NCBI GenBank assembly: GCA_003971905.1
Contig: RSEE01000064.1
Span: 124,001 to 188,000, forward strand
Reading direction: 5' to 3'
Length of the DNA stretch: 64,000 nt
From: Moniliella sp. 'wahieum'
Lineage: Eukaryota
Under the pieces are notes generated by a model, which had not been told where the DNA came from, did not search any database, and worked only from the letters and a program-made list of their open reading frames with translations. Numbering within the stretch: the first letter of the stretch is position 1; every line of letters begins with the position of its first letter. Position numbers and translations under genes: made by a program. Shown here piece after piece: positions 1-13,461 of the stretch.

Positions 1-145
1 CGAAGATTGAAGCACCCTAGAAACGATAGCCCTCGACGGCACAGGGCAAGTGCCAACATAGGGACGAAGTATAGCCTGCCTAATCGACCTGATCCCGCGC
101 ACGGGCTCCTATCCATGATGATCACCGGGATCGGTCATGCATCAT
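1..145. repeat. Dispersed direct repeat A, copy 1 (probably continues off the left edge)
   Basis: cgaagattgaagcaccctagaaacgatagc...ccatgatgatcaccgggatcggtcatgcatcat aligns by eye with 2648-2796, with scattered substitutions and indels. Confidence 0.92.
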
Positions 146-175
146 CCCTAGATAATCTCCCTCTTGAATCCATAT

Positions 176-254
176 CATTGACAGAGCTTAAGGCTGGGAC
201 AGGGGGAACGCTATACGTCTAAACCTAACCGTTCATCTGCGGGGTTACTTGGAA
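176..254. repeat. Dispersed direct repeat B, copy 1
   Basis: cattgacagagct..ggctgggacagggggaacgcta..cgtcta.acctaaccgttcatc..gcgggg.ttacttggaa matches 2054-2131. Confidence 0.92.
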
Positions 255-503
255 CAGTGAACCGCTTGCTGCACAGAACCAACTGAATCTCCTTTCCTCG
301 ACATCCGGTATGTTTTGTTTGCTTGAGGTCTTCTTGGTGCCAAACCCGGTTGAATAGGAAAGCAGGGGAGCCGCCCAACAGATCCGGACGCTCTGGCGTC
401 GGGGCCATCGCATCATCCGTTTCCATACCCGAGGTAGCGCGTGTGGATAGTGCCTTCGTGATGTGGATGAGCTACTGTGGGAACAACAAGAAGCATTAGT
501 TTC

Positions 504-1460
504 TTACTGCCGCAGACTCTTGGCGAATTCCACATAGGACCCCGAATAATGTCTTCGAGATCCCGATTTGCATTGGGCGCCAGCCGAGTTCTTGGATGGC
601 CTTGGCGTTGGACGCGCGATTTTCCGAAGAGAGGAAGCGGGCGAAAACTCGCCCAAGGTAGCGACCGCTTCTTGGTACGGCAGGGACGTGAGCGGGAGGT
701 GGAGGGTGGTTGCCATGGCCTGGGCGAGATCGAGGAAGGTGACGTTCGTCTCGTATGCGGCATTGTACACTTGGCCCGCCCGGGCCGTTTCCGTCCCCCC
801 GAGCCAAGAGGTACAGCCTGGCTGCATCGTCGACATGCACGGTGGTGATGCGAGCCGAGCCTGGGTCGACGTAGTGTGACGTGCCCGGTCTGGACGGCCA
901 TGCGCATAAACAAACCTACGCCGCTGCCTGCGCGGCCGTATACGAACGCGGGGAGGCGGATGGCAACGGCTCGGATGCCCTTGGCACACTGGGCCAGGCC
1001 ATGCTGCTCCGAATCAATGCGGCGGTTCAAGGGGTTGGGCATCAGGGGCGAGTCCTCGTTGGTTTCCTGGCCGTTGGGATCGGGAGCGGTGACGAGCGTG
1101 CCCGAGGTGATCAGCAGGGGTTTCCCCGACCCTTGCAAGCCTTGGCCATAGCGTCAATGGCTGCATTGCTGTCGCTGACCACTTCCGCGTAGGGCCGATC
1201 CATCTTTTCGCCAGCGTGTCGGCGAGGTGGATGACAAGGTCCGCCTCGGCACTCTCGCGCTCCAGCACGTCGTACGCGTACACATCGCCCCGCACCGGCG
1301 TCGCGCCCAGCTGGCGCAGCGTTTCGTCCTTCGTCTCCGACCGCGACAGGCCCACCACGGAGTAGCCTTGCGCGACGGCGAACTGGATGATGACCGAGCC
1401 AATGTAGCCGCTCGCGCCTGTCATAAAGATGCGCTTCTTCTTCGTTCCGTCGGGCGCCAT
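504..1460 (-). CDS. NAD(P)-dependent epimerase/dehydratase (extended/atypical SDR), intronless, with apparent frameshifts
   Basis: N-terminal Rossmann motif IFMTGASGYIG, followed by VIHLA, GKPLLITSGT, IRLPAFVYGR, HVDDAARLY and KAIQELGWRP across successive frames. Likely C-terminus YVEFAKSLRQ* at 504. Confidence 0.85.
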
Positions 1461-2053
1461 GATGGGTGGGAGCGTTGTGGAGCTGCTGGAGTGCGGAACT
1501 GAGTACTGAATGCTTATTAGTGGATTCTGAAATGGGGGGGAGTGGTCGCCCAGCGCTTGCCAGCACGCACGCCTGCCATGGTGCTAGCAACGATGGATGG
1601 CAGCGGCGCCGCGCTCCCACCTCCCCGCGCTGGTGCCGCGGAGACGGAGCCCGCGGCGATTCTTCAGGAGTTGACGTCGGAGATACGGCCGTCCACGCCA
1701 ATCGGTATCATTAATCACCGGTCACCAATCAAGGAATCAATATAAATAACCCAAAGACGATGCCGCGGCGCCGCCTGGTGGCACCAACGGCAATGTGAAG
1801 GAGGCACTGCCAGACACTGCTCCACTTTAGTTGCTCGCTGGCCTGTTCGCCGCTCGACTCGGCTCGGCTTGCCTGGCTGACTGGCTGGCACAGACGGCAG
1901 AGGATGGAAGTTGTTGAGCCGGGTGGCTCGTGCTTCGGCCAATAGTATAGGGCCAATGTCGCTTCGGTTCCTCAGGCCTATTTGGATTGGGAGGTGCGTT
2001 GGTTTTCTCTCTCCTGATTTTCGTTGTTGCGCGCCTCTAGATCACGTCCATTT

Positions 2054-2131
2054 CATTGACAGAGCTCAGGCTGGGACAGGGGGAACGCTACGTCTAGACC
2101 TAACCGTTCATCCTGCGGGGATTACTTGGAA
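2054..2131. repeat. Dispersed direct repeat B, copy 2
   Basis: Near-identical to 176-254. Confidence 0.92.
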
Positions 2132-2647
2132 GCGCCACCAAGGTTAAGGAACCAGCGGGATCGCCAGGATATCAGGACCCTCCGGTTCTCGCCATCCGGT
2201 CCCGTACCCTAGGAAGCGCGTGTGGACACGGAGGAACGTGTTTGACATCCGAGCGAGGAACCATTTCCACTGAGACTTAGTAGCCAACTCCTTCCAATGC
2301 GCAAACAACTTGCCCGCCGCGTTTTGGTGCGTAGTATCCTCGCGTCGTCAAAACCAGGGGGAAAAACGGCTCTTGAGTGCGACCCTGGTACTTGGCGCTT
2401 GTCAGTCGCATTCTGCCAGCAAGCATAGCATTGCAACAGCCCACTGGGCAAGTCGGGTCGGGGGAACGGGGGCAAAGGATGCGACACAGGGGATGAGAAG
2501 AAGATCATACTCATGGTGACCTGTCATGACAATGACAGGAGATTCCGCAAGCGGCACTTCAGGACTTGCGAGACAACTGAGCTCGAGAGGGATGGTGGGT
2601 TGGGTGTGTTTATGCTTTTGGCGCAACTGAAGGTACTGAAGTGGGGG

Positions 2648-2796
2648 CGAAGATTGAAGCACCCTAGAAACGATAGCCTCGACGGCAGGGGCAAGTGCCC
2701 AACACAGAGGCGAAGTAGGCCTGCCTGATCGGCCTGATCGATGATCCCGCGCCCGGCTCCTGTCCATGATGATCACCGGGATCGGTCATGCATCAT
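2648..2796. repeat. Dispersed direct repeat A, copy 2
   Basis: Similar to 1-145; lies about 250 bp upstream of the GH5 ATG. Confidence 0.92.
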
Positions 2797-3045
2797 GTGA
2801 TGTATATGACCCAGCACATGTCACGCGTTACGTATCCTCAATCATCGATCATCGACGATCGATCTTATCCTGCCACCGCCACCATAACAGGACTCAGTTT
2901 ACCATTCGTCCGCATCGTCCCTTCCCGCACTCACTGCTCATCACGCCCACCACGCTCACCTCAGCACGCTCAACACCACACGCCACCTTCACCTTGCACT
3001 CCATTCCTCTTCTCGCTTCCTCTCGTGGGGTGACGTGCACACACC

Positions 3046-6005
3046 ATGTCGGCCTGCATCAGCGACTCAACGCTAGCTGCCACCGATCCGGTTCCCGCCC
3101 CCTACCTCCACGCCTCGGGGAGGCATTTCCGCGACGAGGCCGACCGCGCTATCCTGCTCCATGGCGTCAACCTATGTGGTGGGAAGCAGCCCCGCGGGCG
3201 TAGCACCTTCGATCCCCCCGAACTGATCTGGAGCATTGCCGAAAACGGGGGCGAGTCCTTTCGCGACACACCCTTCCGCCTCGACGATGGCTCGGCGGAC
3301 GAACACCTTGCCCGTCTCCGTGCCTGGGGGTTCACTGTGATCCGCTACCCCTTCACGTGGGAGGCGCTGGAACATGCTGGTCCGTACGTTGATGTTGCTC
3401 TCTGCTAGGTTTTGGGTTGTGCCCTTGGGGGCTCGCCGGTCTGTTGGGCGTAGGGTGTTGGCGTGTGCTTGCTCTATCTGCGTTAGGGTCGGGGAAGATT
3501 CTGACGGTTGCTATACGATGTGATGTGGTTGCTTGCAGAGGCCAGTACGACTACGAGTACATGGATTATGTGGTGGAGGTTCTGCGCAAGCTCAAGCAGT
3601 ACGGCTTCCGCGTATTTATGGACCCACACCAAGATCTCTTCTCGCGCTTTACAGGGGATGCGGAGCTCCATTCTGGGTTCTTCCCGCGTGTGGGATAGAT
3701 TGTCGGTTCCTCACTCCAACCCAGTCTGCCTTTCTGCTGCAATTCGAGTGGCCTACCGCCCAGCACCCTGATCCCCACACGTTCCCGCCCATGTTGTGGG
3801 CGACCAACTACTCGCGCCTAGCTGCCGCCACGTTATCCTCCATGTTTTTTGCTGGGCGTGACTTGTTGCCCCACTGCATCATCGACGGCAAGAACATCCA
3901 AGATTGGCTGCAAGATCACTTTGTGGCCGCTTGCACCCAGCTTGCGCAGCGCATCCACAACGCAGGCGATTTGGAGGACTGTTGTGTGATGGGCTGGGAC
4001 AGCCTCAACGAGCCCAACCCCACCTATGTCGGGCTTACGGTGTGGGACCGGATTCCGGCGTCGTGGCCACTCAAGATGGGTCCGATGCCGTGTCCGTTGC
4101 AGAGCATGCGACTGGGCATGGGGCAGTGCAAACGGTGGAGAATTGGACGTTTGGCGCGTTGGGCCCCAAAAACTCAAAGATGTCGAGGTGGATCCCAAGG
4201 GTGCGGTGCTGTGGCTTACGCCCGAGCAGGATCGCATCCAAGGCGGTGCCAAGTGGGGGTGGCAGCGTAGCTCGGAATGGCAGTTGGGTGTGTGTCCCTG
4301 GGCGGCGCATGGTGCGTGGGACGTGGAAACGGGGAGGTACTGGACAAGAACTACTTTTCTCGTTCTCGTCGTCCTGATGCTGCACCCGAGCAGACGATTG
4401 AGTTTATTCAAGAGTACTGGTACCCCTTTTGGCGCAAGTACCGTGCCTCGATCCAAGGCGTGCACAAGAACGCGATTGCCATGGTGCAGCCCCCGGTATT
4501 TGAGCCCCCGCCCCAAATGGGGGAGGAGTTGAAGGGCCGAGCGTGTTCGACACAACACTTTTACGATGGCTTGACCCTCATCACCAAGCACTGGAATTGG
4601 TTCAATGTGGATGCGCTGGGCATTTTGCGGGGCAAGTACCCCGGGGTGATGTTTGGGGTCAAAGTGGGGCTCAAGGCAATCCGACAGGCAATGCACGACC
4701 AGCTGGGCTACTTGCGTCAAGACACGTTGGACTGCATGGGTGACTACCCTACCTTGATGGGCGAGTTGGGCACGCCCTATGACTTGGACAAGCGCAAGGC
4801 GTACTTTGGTGATGCAAAGGGCAAGGGCAAGGGCGATTACTCCAACCAAGTCACTGCGCTCGATGCAACCTTACGTGCGTGCGAGGGTACCAACCTGCTC
4901 TCCTACACGGCTTGGACTTACGACCCGTTCAACTCCCATCTCCAAGGCGACCAGTGGAACGGGAAGATTTTTCGTTTTGGTCCCACGACGATATTGATCT
5001 TACCACGACGCGGCGGCCACCGTACCCCGCCTCGCTCACCGCCTCCTACGATGCAATGGCAGCCCCGTCCGACTACCTTTTCTCCAGCGGCGCAGACCTG
5101 ATCGTCCATGAGGAGGGAGAAGAAAAGGAGAAGAAGCAACACTCTTCACTCTCACTTGGGCTGTACGAGGCGCTGCTGACCAAGAACCAGAACCAGGCCA
5201 CCCCGCACTCGGGAAAATTCAACCACAACCACCCTGTGGCCGACATAACGTTTCCTGTGCCGATGGGAGACCTGCACCGCGGGGGGCGGGCGAGCCGTGC
5301 GTTTTGTCGAGCGTATGCGCGCGCCACCGTGGGCACCCCTCGGCAATGACATTTGATTGTGACTCGGGCAAGTTCACTCTCGAGGTGGAACTGAGTCAAG
5401 CACAGGCTCGCTGCGCCTACGAGAGGGGGAAAACAACGGAAATTTACCTTCCCATGCTGCACTATGCGCGGTGGGCCGAGCCGGACGAAGTCGTGGCGCA
5501 TCCCGACTGGGTCATTCGTACTCCCGTGCCGCACCGATCGGTGTCTTCGTGTCCGTGCGCGCCTGGCGCGCGCCCTTCCCAGGACGAGGGGGGCGGGACC
5601 GACACGGCGGGCGACGAGGGAGGGAGCGAGGCGCGCTTAGGCCTGGTTCGGGGCGTCGAGGGACACGTTGAAGACCGGGATTGGATCTGGGGGGTCGAGG
5701 TGGACGTTTCGACGGGCAAAGTGGAGGTGGACAGCAAGAACCAACTGTTGCACTGGACCATTGCACCTACCGACCCCATCTTTCCCTCCCCCTCTTCCTC
5801 CGCGGCTCAGCTGGGTGACTTGCGCGTCCTACCGCCCGATCCTGTGGTCCGGGCCCGCTTGACCATCACCCGTCGCGCGGCGGGCAAGATGGCGTGCGGT
5901 GCGCTGGCTCAGTCCGCGTCCATCGGGCCTAGCCTGGCACAAGGCACGGCGGGACACGCCTTGTGGGGTATCGTGGACGTTGGTGTGCGTTGGTTCGGTG
6001 GGTGA
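3046..6005 (+). CDS. Glycoside hydrolase family 5, EGCrP/Egh1-like glucosylceramidase or sterylglucosidase; intron 3384-3538; frameshifts
   Basis: Motifs [49 protein letters not shown], acid/base [21 protein letters not shown] and nucleophile GELGTP. A GTACGT..CAG intron restores HAGPGQYDY. Confidence 0.9.
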
Positions 6006-6406
6006 AAGGCGTGGCGACGGCGGTGCTCGAGGCGCTCCGCGCATGCCTCGGGGCCAAGAACGACACCGTGCTGGCTTGTCCTGCCTGATTCATGCCTTGC
6101 CGAGTCCTGGGTCCTTAGTCCTGAATCCGGAGTCCTGTGTCCTGCCTGTGTCCTGATAAATGATTCCTGAGTCGTGATTCGATCCTTCCCTAGTCCTCCT
6201 GCCCCATAGCAGACTACGCGGCCCAACGTAGTCTGCACTGGTGGGTCTACATCGTTCGTGGACGTACGCTGGTTCACACGTTGGCTTGCCTGCCCTGCCC
6301 CTGCGTGAAGTTGGCGCTGCGATTCGTCCTTGCCTTGCGCCCCGTGTGTTCGTCGGGGCACGAGGCACCAGAGATGCACCCTTTGGCACGCGTTGCACGT
6401 TTCTTA

Positions 6407-6475
6407 CCGTTCCGTTCCCTACCGTTCCCTACCGTTCCCTACCGTTCCCTTCCGTTCCCTTCCGTTCCCTACCGT
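6407..6475. repeat. Minisatellite (ACCGTTCCCT/TCCGTTCCCT)n, about 6 copies
   Basis: 10-nt tandem unit is directly visible. Confidence 0.9.
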
Positions 6476-7399
6476 ACATAACTCCCACTCGTCCTTTACT
6501 CTGCCCCCGTTGGCACGCTACCTTGCTCGCATCTATCTCGCCACCTACCGAGATGGGGGAGCAGCGACATGCATGGGAAGAACGGAATGAGATCGGAGGT
6601 CAAAGCAAAGCAAAGCGTGGGGGGGGGTAGTGGCACATAGTTAAGTTGAGTAGCCAATGCGCAATGCGGGTAAGGAAAGACCCAGCGAAAATCGTGGCTG
6701 GCAACGTGCAACAGGTAACGTGTAACGTATAACATGCAACGGGCGACACGCACAGACAACGGGCAACGGGCAACGGGGTTGATCCCGTTCCGGGGCGCAT
6801 GGGGAGATGCAGGAGCAAACAGAGGCGTCCTAGGATGGGGCGTGGAAGAGCACGCAGGCTAATGGGAGGAAATGGAGGGGGAAGGTACATGGAGGAATGA
6901 GGTAGGAGGTAGGAAGTAGGAAGTAGGAGGGGAGGTGGCGGTGTGTGAGAAGGGGGGGCGAAGAAGCGAAGCGGGTCCTCTGTGGCAACAGCAAAGGGTA
7001 CACCATGCACCATGCACCATGCACCATGCAAGTCTTGAAACTCTTTACCGACCCGACCCCACCTCACCTCTCGGCCCTGGCAAAAAAAAGGGTTGGGCGG
7101 TGACACTCGCTGCGCACTGCACCGCGCATGACGGGAAGGTCCCTTGGGGCGTTTCGGCGCGTGGACCTAGACCACGGGCATGGGCTGGCCCATATCGGGG
7201 GGGAGAAGGAAGGCCACGATCCCGGGATGGCAGACGACGTGCGAGGGAGGAGCAAAGGCCGAGGAGGAACCGAGGGCAAGCGTCCCCCCCCCGCCCCTGC
7301 CCCAGCACCAACACCAACACCCACACCCACCCCACACCGCGCCAGCAAGCCCAGCGGGAATAGGCGCATGGGCCCAGGACAAACAAGCGCGTAAGAATG

Positions 7400-9588
7400 T
7401 ATGAGCGTACCCTGGTGCGCGCACGGCGACTTTAGCTGCCTGTTGGGCCGGCGGAGCGCAGCGACAGCCGCTGCGCCTGCACGGGGACGACGACCGCGTA
7501 GCCGGAAACGTAATCGCGGTCGGTGCAGTGGCCAACGCGGTTTCCATCGGCCGCGGTAGGCGGCCAGTGTGGCCGGGGCACGCACGGCCCAGCTCCTTCT
7601 CCCACGTGCCTGTTTTGATCGGTGGGCAGGTCAGAGAAGTCCGAGGTAGTGTGCACCAGCGCGGGAGCCAAGACCGGACTGGAGGGAATGCCCAGCGGCA
7701 CAGGCATCGGATTGGACGTGGCAGGGTACAGGTCACTGGCCAACAGAGGGTGGTGGTGTTGCTGGTTGGTCCGATGGGTGGTCCGACTGGCCGGGGGAGC
7801 AATCATGGTACCCTAGCAGCTGCTTCGCTCATCTTGGCTGCCGTGGGCTTGGCCTTGGTTCGGGCCCATTGCACCGACGGCGTCTCGGACGGCGTGAGAG
7901 ACAGAGCGGACAGACCGCGTTTGTGGCCTGCTCCACGCGGGTGCGAGGTGGGTAGCCCAAGTGCGTGCGGAGGCTGTACCTGTACCGTCGCTTGGTCACA
8001 AGAGGAGACGACTGGGAACGGACGTAAGCTACCCGAGCCCTCGGCGGGGGGGGGCGTAGGCAACCCTCGGGCAACGTGCTGGGCAACGTACTGCTCACCT
8101 CGCTGGGACGAGAACAGTGGGAACGTAGCTCCCTACTCCCCTGCACTCGCCGTAGGCGACGGAAACTCGCCAGACCAGACGTATCGGCCGAGGTGTCTTC
8201 CGTCAGTGCGGGGGCAGCAACAGCGTCGATCGAGTGCACTCTGCCACGGTGGCGTCCATGCCGAGCGGCCCGACGGTCTTATCTCCCTGTCCGTCCACCG
8301 TAGGGCCATCCCTCTCGAGATGGAGAGGCGCCGGTGGGTCGGCCTTGGTGCTGACAGAACGAAGCGGAAGAGCGGAAGGCTCCGCGTCGATTGTGGGAAG
8401 AAGGGAAGATGGTTGCTTCTCCTCCTCCTCCTCCACCATCGTGCTCGCTCCAACGTCGACGGTGAGAGGCGAAGGTACCTCTGATTCGTTCGAAACTGAC
8501 AAGAGAGGAAGACGCGCAGGCCGAAGCGTGTGCAAGCCAGGATGCCTTGGCCGTGACGCCGGGTGCGGGACACGTCAAAGGCTGGATGGGAGAAGAGAGG
8601 GAAAGGAGGAGCTTGGTTGCCTGTGCATGGGCCTCGGCGTCTTGGCCCGATCAGTCGGGGCCGTGACGTCCACCTTGGCATCCACTTCGCCGCCCAAGGC
8701 GGGCGGCACGGCCATGTGGAACTGACGGTGGCGATGCGGGCAGCGCGGAACGATCGTCGCCGACACAATCTTGACCACCGGGGCGGGGCACCAGGATGCA
8801 GAGGCATCAAGTCATTGATCTGACGAACACGGGTGCGAGGGACACTTTGGCCTTGGATCTCAATGGGAGACAGGGGCTCCACCAGGAACCCACCAAGTCC
8901 AAAGGTGAAGCGGCCGTACTTGGGTTTGGGCGGGAGGGAGGGATCGTCAATGGAGGTGCTGACGGAAAACAGACGGGTTCCTGTTGTGCCAACGGGGGCA
9001 GCGGGCATCGACGGTGAGAAGGTCATGTCGCGCGGCTTGGCCACCATAAAGATCCCCAAAATCAAACACTTCGACGCGGGCATGCACCTGACTGTGAGGA
9101 GCATCCGGCAGCCACGCGCCACGTACGCCCGCTCGCACCCGCTGTCCCACACCGGCCGATTCTCCGCTGCGGCCAGCAGGGTCCAGGCCTGGGCAGCCGT
9201 GGGCCAAGCAAGATGGAGTCGATGGCAAATAGGTGGGGGTGGTTGGCCGCAGCGGCATTGGGGGTGGCGCGAAGCGAGCGGACGGCAATGTGCTCGGCAT
9301 GGGGGGCAAAGCTGGCGCCGGCCGAGGGCAGGTTGGGGGAGGAGTAGATGGCGGGCCAGTCGTCGACAGGCGGCACCTGGCCGGCGTCGGTGGCTGCGTC
9401 GGTGGCGACGGCCAGGCCGAGGTCCAGGCCGGGCTGGACGAGGGCGACAAAGCGGTGGAGGAGCGCGGCGGACGCCTCGGCGAGCTGGGGATCGGGCAGG
9501 CGGGCGGGCGAGGGGAAGGAGCGGTGGGTGCTGCGCCCTGGGAGGAGCTGGGCTGGCTGCGGCCCTTGCGCGGCGGCTGCGCAGCATG
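7400..9588 (-). CDS. Putative START/SRPBCC-like lipid-binding domain protein with low-complexity C-terminus (3' end approximate)
   Basis: Stitched frames give AQAWTLL..AENRPVWDSGCE, IFMVAKPRDM, LFSVSTSIDDPSLPPKPKYGRF...GFLVEP and TRVRQINDL. This resembles the R..WD / PRD / S..HP..P..V R / G..EP succession of START domains. Confidence 0.55.
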
Positions 9589-10542
9589 GCGGTGGGGAGG
9601 GGGGAGGGGGGGCGGAGGACAGAGGGGACGAGGACGAGGACGGAGAGGACGGGACGAGGAGGACAGTGGGAAGCGAACGAGCGTCGCCGGTGGCCGCCGC
9701 GCGACCTGCCCTGGAGGAGGGGGGACGCATGATGTATGATGGGCCATGCGTGACGTGTGATGACTGATCGCGGCGACGACACTGCCCCTCAGCCGGGCGG
9801 GCAGCAGGGGAGCACCCTGGCGCCTGGGCCCACCCGCGTGGAGGACACGGGCGCGCTGCGGGGTGGGCGCTGATGCATGGGGTGGCAGGGGGGAGCATTC
9901 AGCGGTGATCTCAGCGGTGGCTGCGCGCCTGCGCCCACCCTGCATCATGCATCGCAGCCGTCACCACACTGGCGCCGTGGGGGGCGTGTGGGTGGTGGGC
10001 GCCAGGCACCACATGCTTTGTGCGAAGCTAGCTCTTCTCCTTGCTGCATCTGCGCCCCCATCAGCGCATCAGCGCATCAGCGCATCAGCGGCGATATCAT
10101 CGGCATCCGTGCATCAGCCGTCGTCAGCATGGCGCTCAGCATGGCCATCATTACCATTCCCATCCCATCCACTGACCCTGACAGCACCCACACCAGCACC
10201 CGCCCCCTGTACAGCAGCACCAGGGATAGTGACACAACAGCGCCCCAGTAGGAGCACCTTGGTTCATCGCGCCCATCGCATCGCTCCCTCTGCATGCTGC
10301 TATGCCCCCCTGCAGGACAGGCTCGTTCGCATCCGCTCCCCTCGCGCATCGCACTCCAGCAGTAGGCAAACCAGCTCACAGGCCAGCAGCGGACCTGCTG
10401 GCGACTCGCGTGCACGCCATGCTGCATGCTATGAACCACCAGCGAACGACCGCCGCTCAGCTGAACAACGCACCCCCTCTCTCTCCCTTGCGCATCGCCA
10501 CAGACAGAACAAGGCCGAGACTATAGTACGAGATGCAGTGTG

Positions 10543-13190
10543 CTAGAACGAGATAGGGAGCGCGCTTGGGGAACAGCACGAGAGACAAGTTCGTCTAGCG
10601 CCTGGATGCATGGTATGGCACGGCACGGTGGGCACCTTGCGCTCCACAGGCGCCTTGATCCCTGCTCGCGTGGCGCCAAGGCCAAGGCCAAGGCCAAGAC
10701 CAAGACCAAGGCCCAGGAAAGGTGGAGAAGTAACCCCACGGCTAACACGTCCGCTTTGCTGCAGGACCAACGCAAGCGCCCTGCCCCGGGCAGCCAAGGG
10801 ATCCAAATGCGACACGAAGGAACAGAACAGAACCGAACGTGCCAAAGCGAGCAACTTGCATCCTCCCGTCTCACGCCTCACGCCCGACCCACCGAAAACA
10901 ACCCCAAGAGCGTAGCCGCCGCATCGCGCTCTTGTCGCTCGGCATGGTCGCGTGCCGTGCTCCCGACGGTGGCGGGGGCGGTATCGGTGTCGGTGTCGGT
11001 GCGCGCCGGGGCACCAGGGACGTCGAGCGAACCGCTGGACTGCTCCGCGTTCAGCGTCGACGCAGGTACCCGCGTAGAGGTGGGTGTCGCGTCCGCGTCC
11101 GTGTGCGGTTGCGGTTGCGGTTGGGTTCGGGTTTGGGTTTGGGGTTGCGTGTGCAGGACCGTCTCTGCCTCCGCGCGCCATGGGTAGGAAGGTACGGTAG
11201 AGGCGCGCAGGTTGTCATGCGCCAAAGGCGGGCGGTAAGGTTGATTCCAACCCAGTGGCGTGCCCAGTGGGGTGCCCAGTGGGGTACCCAGTGAGGTGCC
11301 CAGTGGTGTAGCCCCACGTGAAGTGGGCATGGGCACGGGGGGACGTGTGTGAGCGTCGCGCGCCGGCGCGCCACGTAGGAGGGAGAGAAGCGTTCCACAG
11401 CGCCCGGCGGTGGGCGGTACAGGCGGTCCGGGCGGGCGTAGGCAAGTGCAGCTGAAGGAGCGGTAACGCACCGTGTGAATTTCCGTCCGGCGCTAAGGGT
11501 GCGAGGTGAGGTACCGAGGCTGGCCGGTCGCGTCGGTCGGGTCGGTCCCATCTGTCCCACCGGTCGTAGCGGTCAGGTTGGTCACGTTGGTCGCAGCCGT
11601 CCCATCTGTCCTGTCGATCGGCTTGGTCCCGGTCGGAGTGACGTGAAGCAAAAGCAGGTGGGGACGCAGGTGTGCGCAGTACACCTGCACCCCACCCTGC
11701 GCCCGGGGACGAAGGTGGGGACGAAGGTGCTTGACGTAAATTGGAATTCGGTGCGGCCCTACGTCGCATGACGCCCGCCACGCCCGTTTCTTGTGACAAG
11801 CCAACGGTCGTCGATCCCAGCGCGCCACGTTGCCCTCCCCTTTGGACCCCAGTACAGTCCGCTCCGTCCCCGTGCCGTAGCCCACGGAGTCGGCACTGCG
11901 TTCCGCACCGTGCTCGGTGCCCGGCCCGTCGTCCCCGCGATGGGGGGTACCGTGCTGCGTCAGGCCGAAGCTGGCAGAGCGCGCGACCGCGCCGCAATCT
12001 GAATTGCAACCGGAACCAGAATCGGAATCGGAATCCGAGTCGAACGCCAACCGGTCCGCTTCGTCCGCCGAGTCGAGCTCGTCCAGTTCGAGCGCTTGTG
12101 CTTGCACTTGCCCGTTCCCGTTCCCGTTCCCGATCCCGGGCGACCAATCGGAGCGCGAGGTACGGTAAGACGGGGCCAGGAGCAGAGTATCGTTGGTCGC
12201 TTGTAGCTTGGCCAGAGGCACGTCCGAGTCGCCCTCGGAGCTGGGAGCAGAGGTAGCGTCGCGGTCCGGTTTGGACGGGGGCAGGTTCCTCGGTGCTCGT
12301 TTGGCGCGGGCCGAGGCGTGAGCGAGGGCGGAAGATGGTTGGGCACGCGCACGGCGTTTGCAAGGTACGATAGAAGGGGTGCGGGAAGAAGGGTTGTAAG
12401 GTTTGCAAGGGTTGCGGGTGCCGTCGCCACGGGTAGAGGGGGAAAGGTCCATGTCGTTTCTCCTCCTCCGTGGACCGATGGCGCGAGCGGACGACGCCGA
12501 GTAAAATTCGTCGAGACGACGAAACGTTTGACGTGCCATGGCACGGTCTAGCGTTCCGGCCACGGCGGCCGTCGCGGGCGGCGGGGGGGGCGCAGCGCCG
12601 AGGGCAGGAACGGCGGTAAGGTTGGGCTCGGTGCGCGGAGCGAGCGGGATGCTGGGCATGGACCGTGGGCCGGGCGGAGGGACAGGTCGAGGGAGGGAAA
12701 CTGAAGTGTTTGCGGCCGGGCCGAGAGCGACGGGGAGAGGGCCCAAGGCGGGGGCGAGTGCGGGTGCGACCCAGCGGGCAGCTTGGCTTGTCTTCCTTGC
12801 CGCGGGGTTCGGGCCGGACGAGGAGGTGCATGTTTGCCATTGAGCACGACGACACGTAGGGCAGCGCACGCGTCCATGCCCGCGGCCGTGGGTGCAGAGG
12901 AGGAGGAAGGCGGGGGGGATGCGGACAGTGACGGGAGGAGGACGAGGGCGGGTAGGAAAGCGGTGTGGGGCGAGAACGCATGTGCTTCAGCAGCTCGGCT
13001 TGGTCGGGGTGGAGAAACGGGGGCGGTTTCTTCTCTGCGGCAAGCAGGGCGTCGACGTTGGAGAAGGCGCATAGGCTTTGTGCCTCGGTTGCGGGCAGCT
13101 CGGGTACGTGCGCGGGGACGGATGGGCAGGCAGGGCGGTGGGAGGCGAGGGCTGAAGCGCGGGGCGATGGCGGAGGAGAGGCAGAGGGAG

Positions 13191-13221
<31 letters not shown>

Positions 13222-13461
13222 GGTGGGCATAGGCATGGGCATGCGCTCGACCCGGGCAGTCTCGGCGAGATAGCCCATGGCGGCGAGGGCGAGCTTGCTG
13301 GCGGCGCATGGGCTTGGGCGGGCGGGGGCAAAGACGAGGGGCGGGGCGGCAAAGCTGGCGCTGGTGTCGGCGTCGTGGGGGCGGGTGAGGGTGGGGAAGG
13401 AGAGGCTGGTGTTGGGGGTGCTGGGGGTGGGCGCGGCGGCAGCAGCCAGGGAGGCGGCCAT
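10543..13461 (-). CDS. Hypothetical Ser/Pro/Ala-rich protein (3' end uncertain)
   Basis: ATG in CACCATGG context at 13461 (MAASLAAAAAPTPST...). Long overlapping minus-strand ORFs give protein-like segments (QTFRRLDEFYS, DSDVPLAKLQ, LELDELDSADEADR). No domain recognised. Confidence 0.5.
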
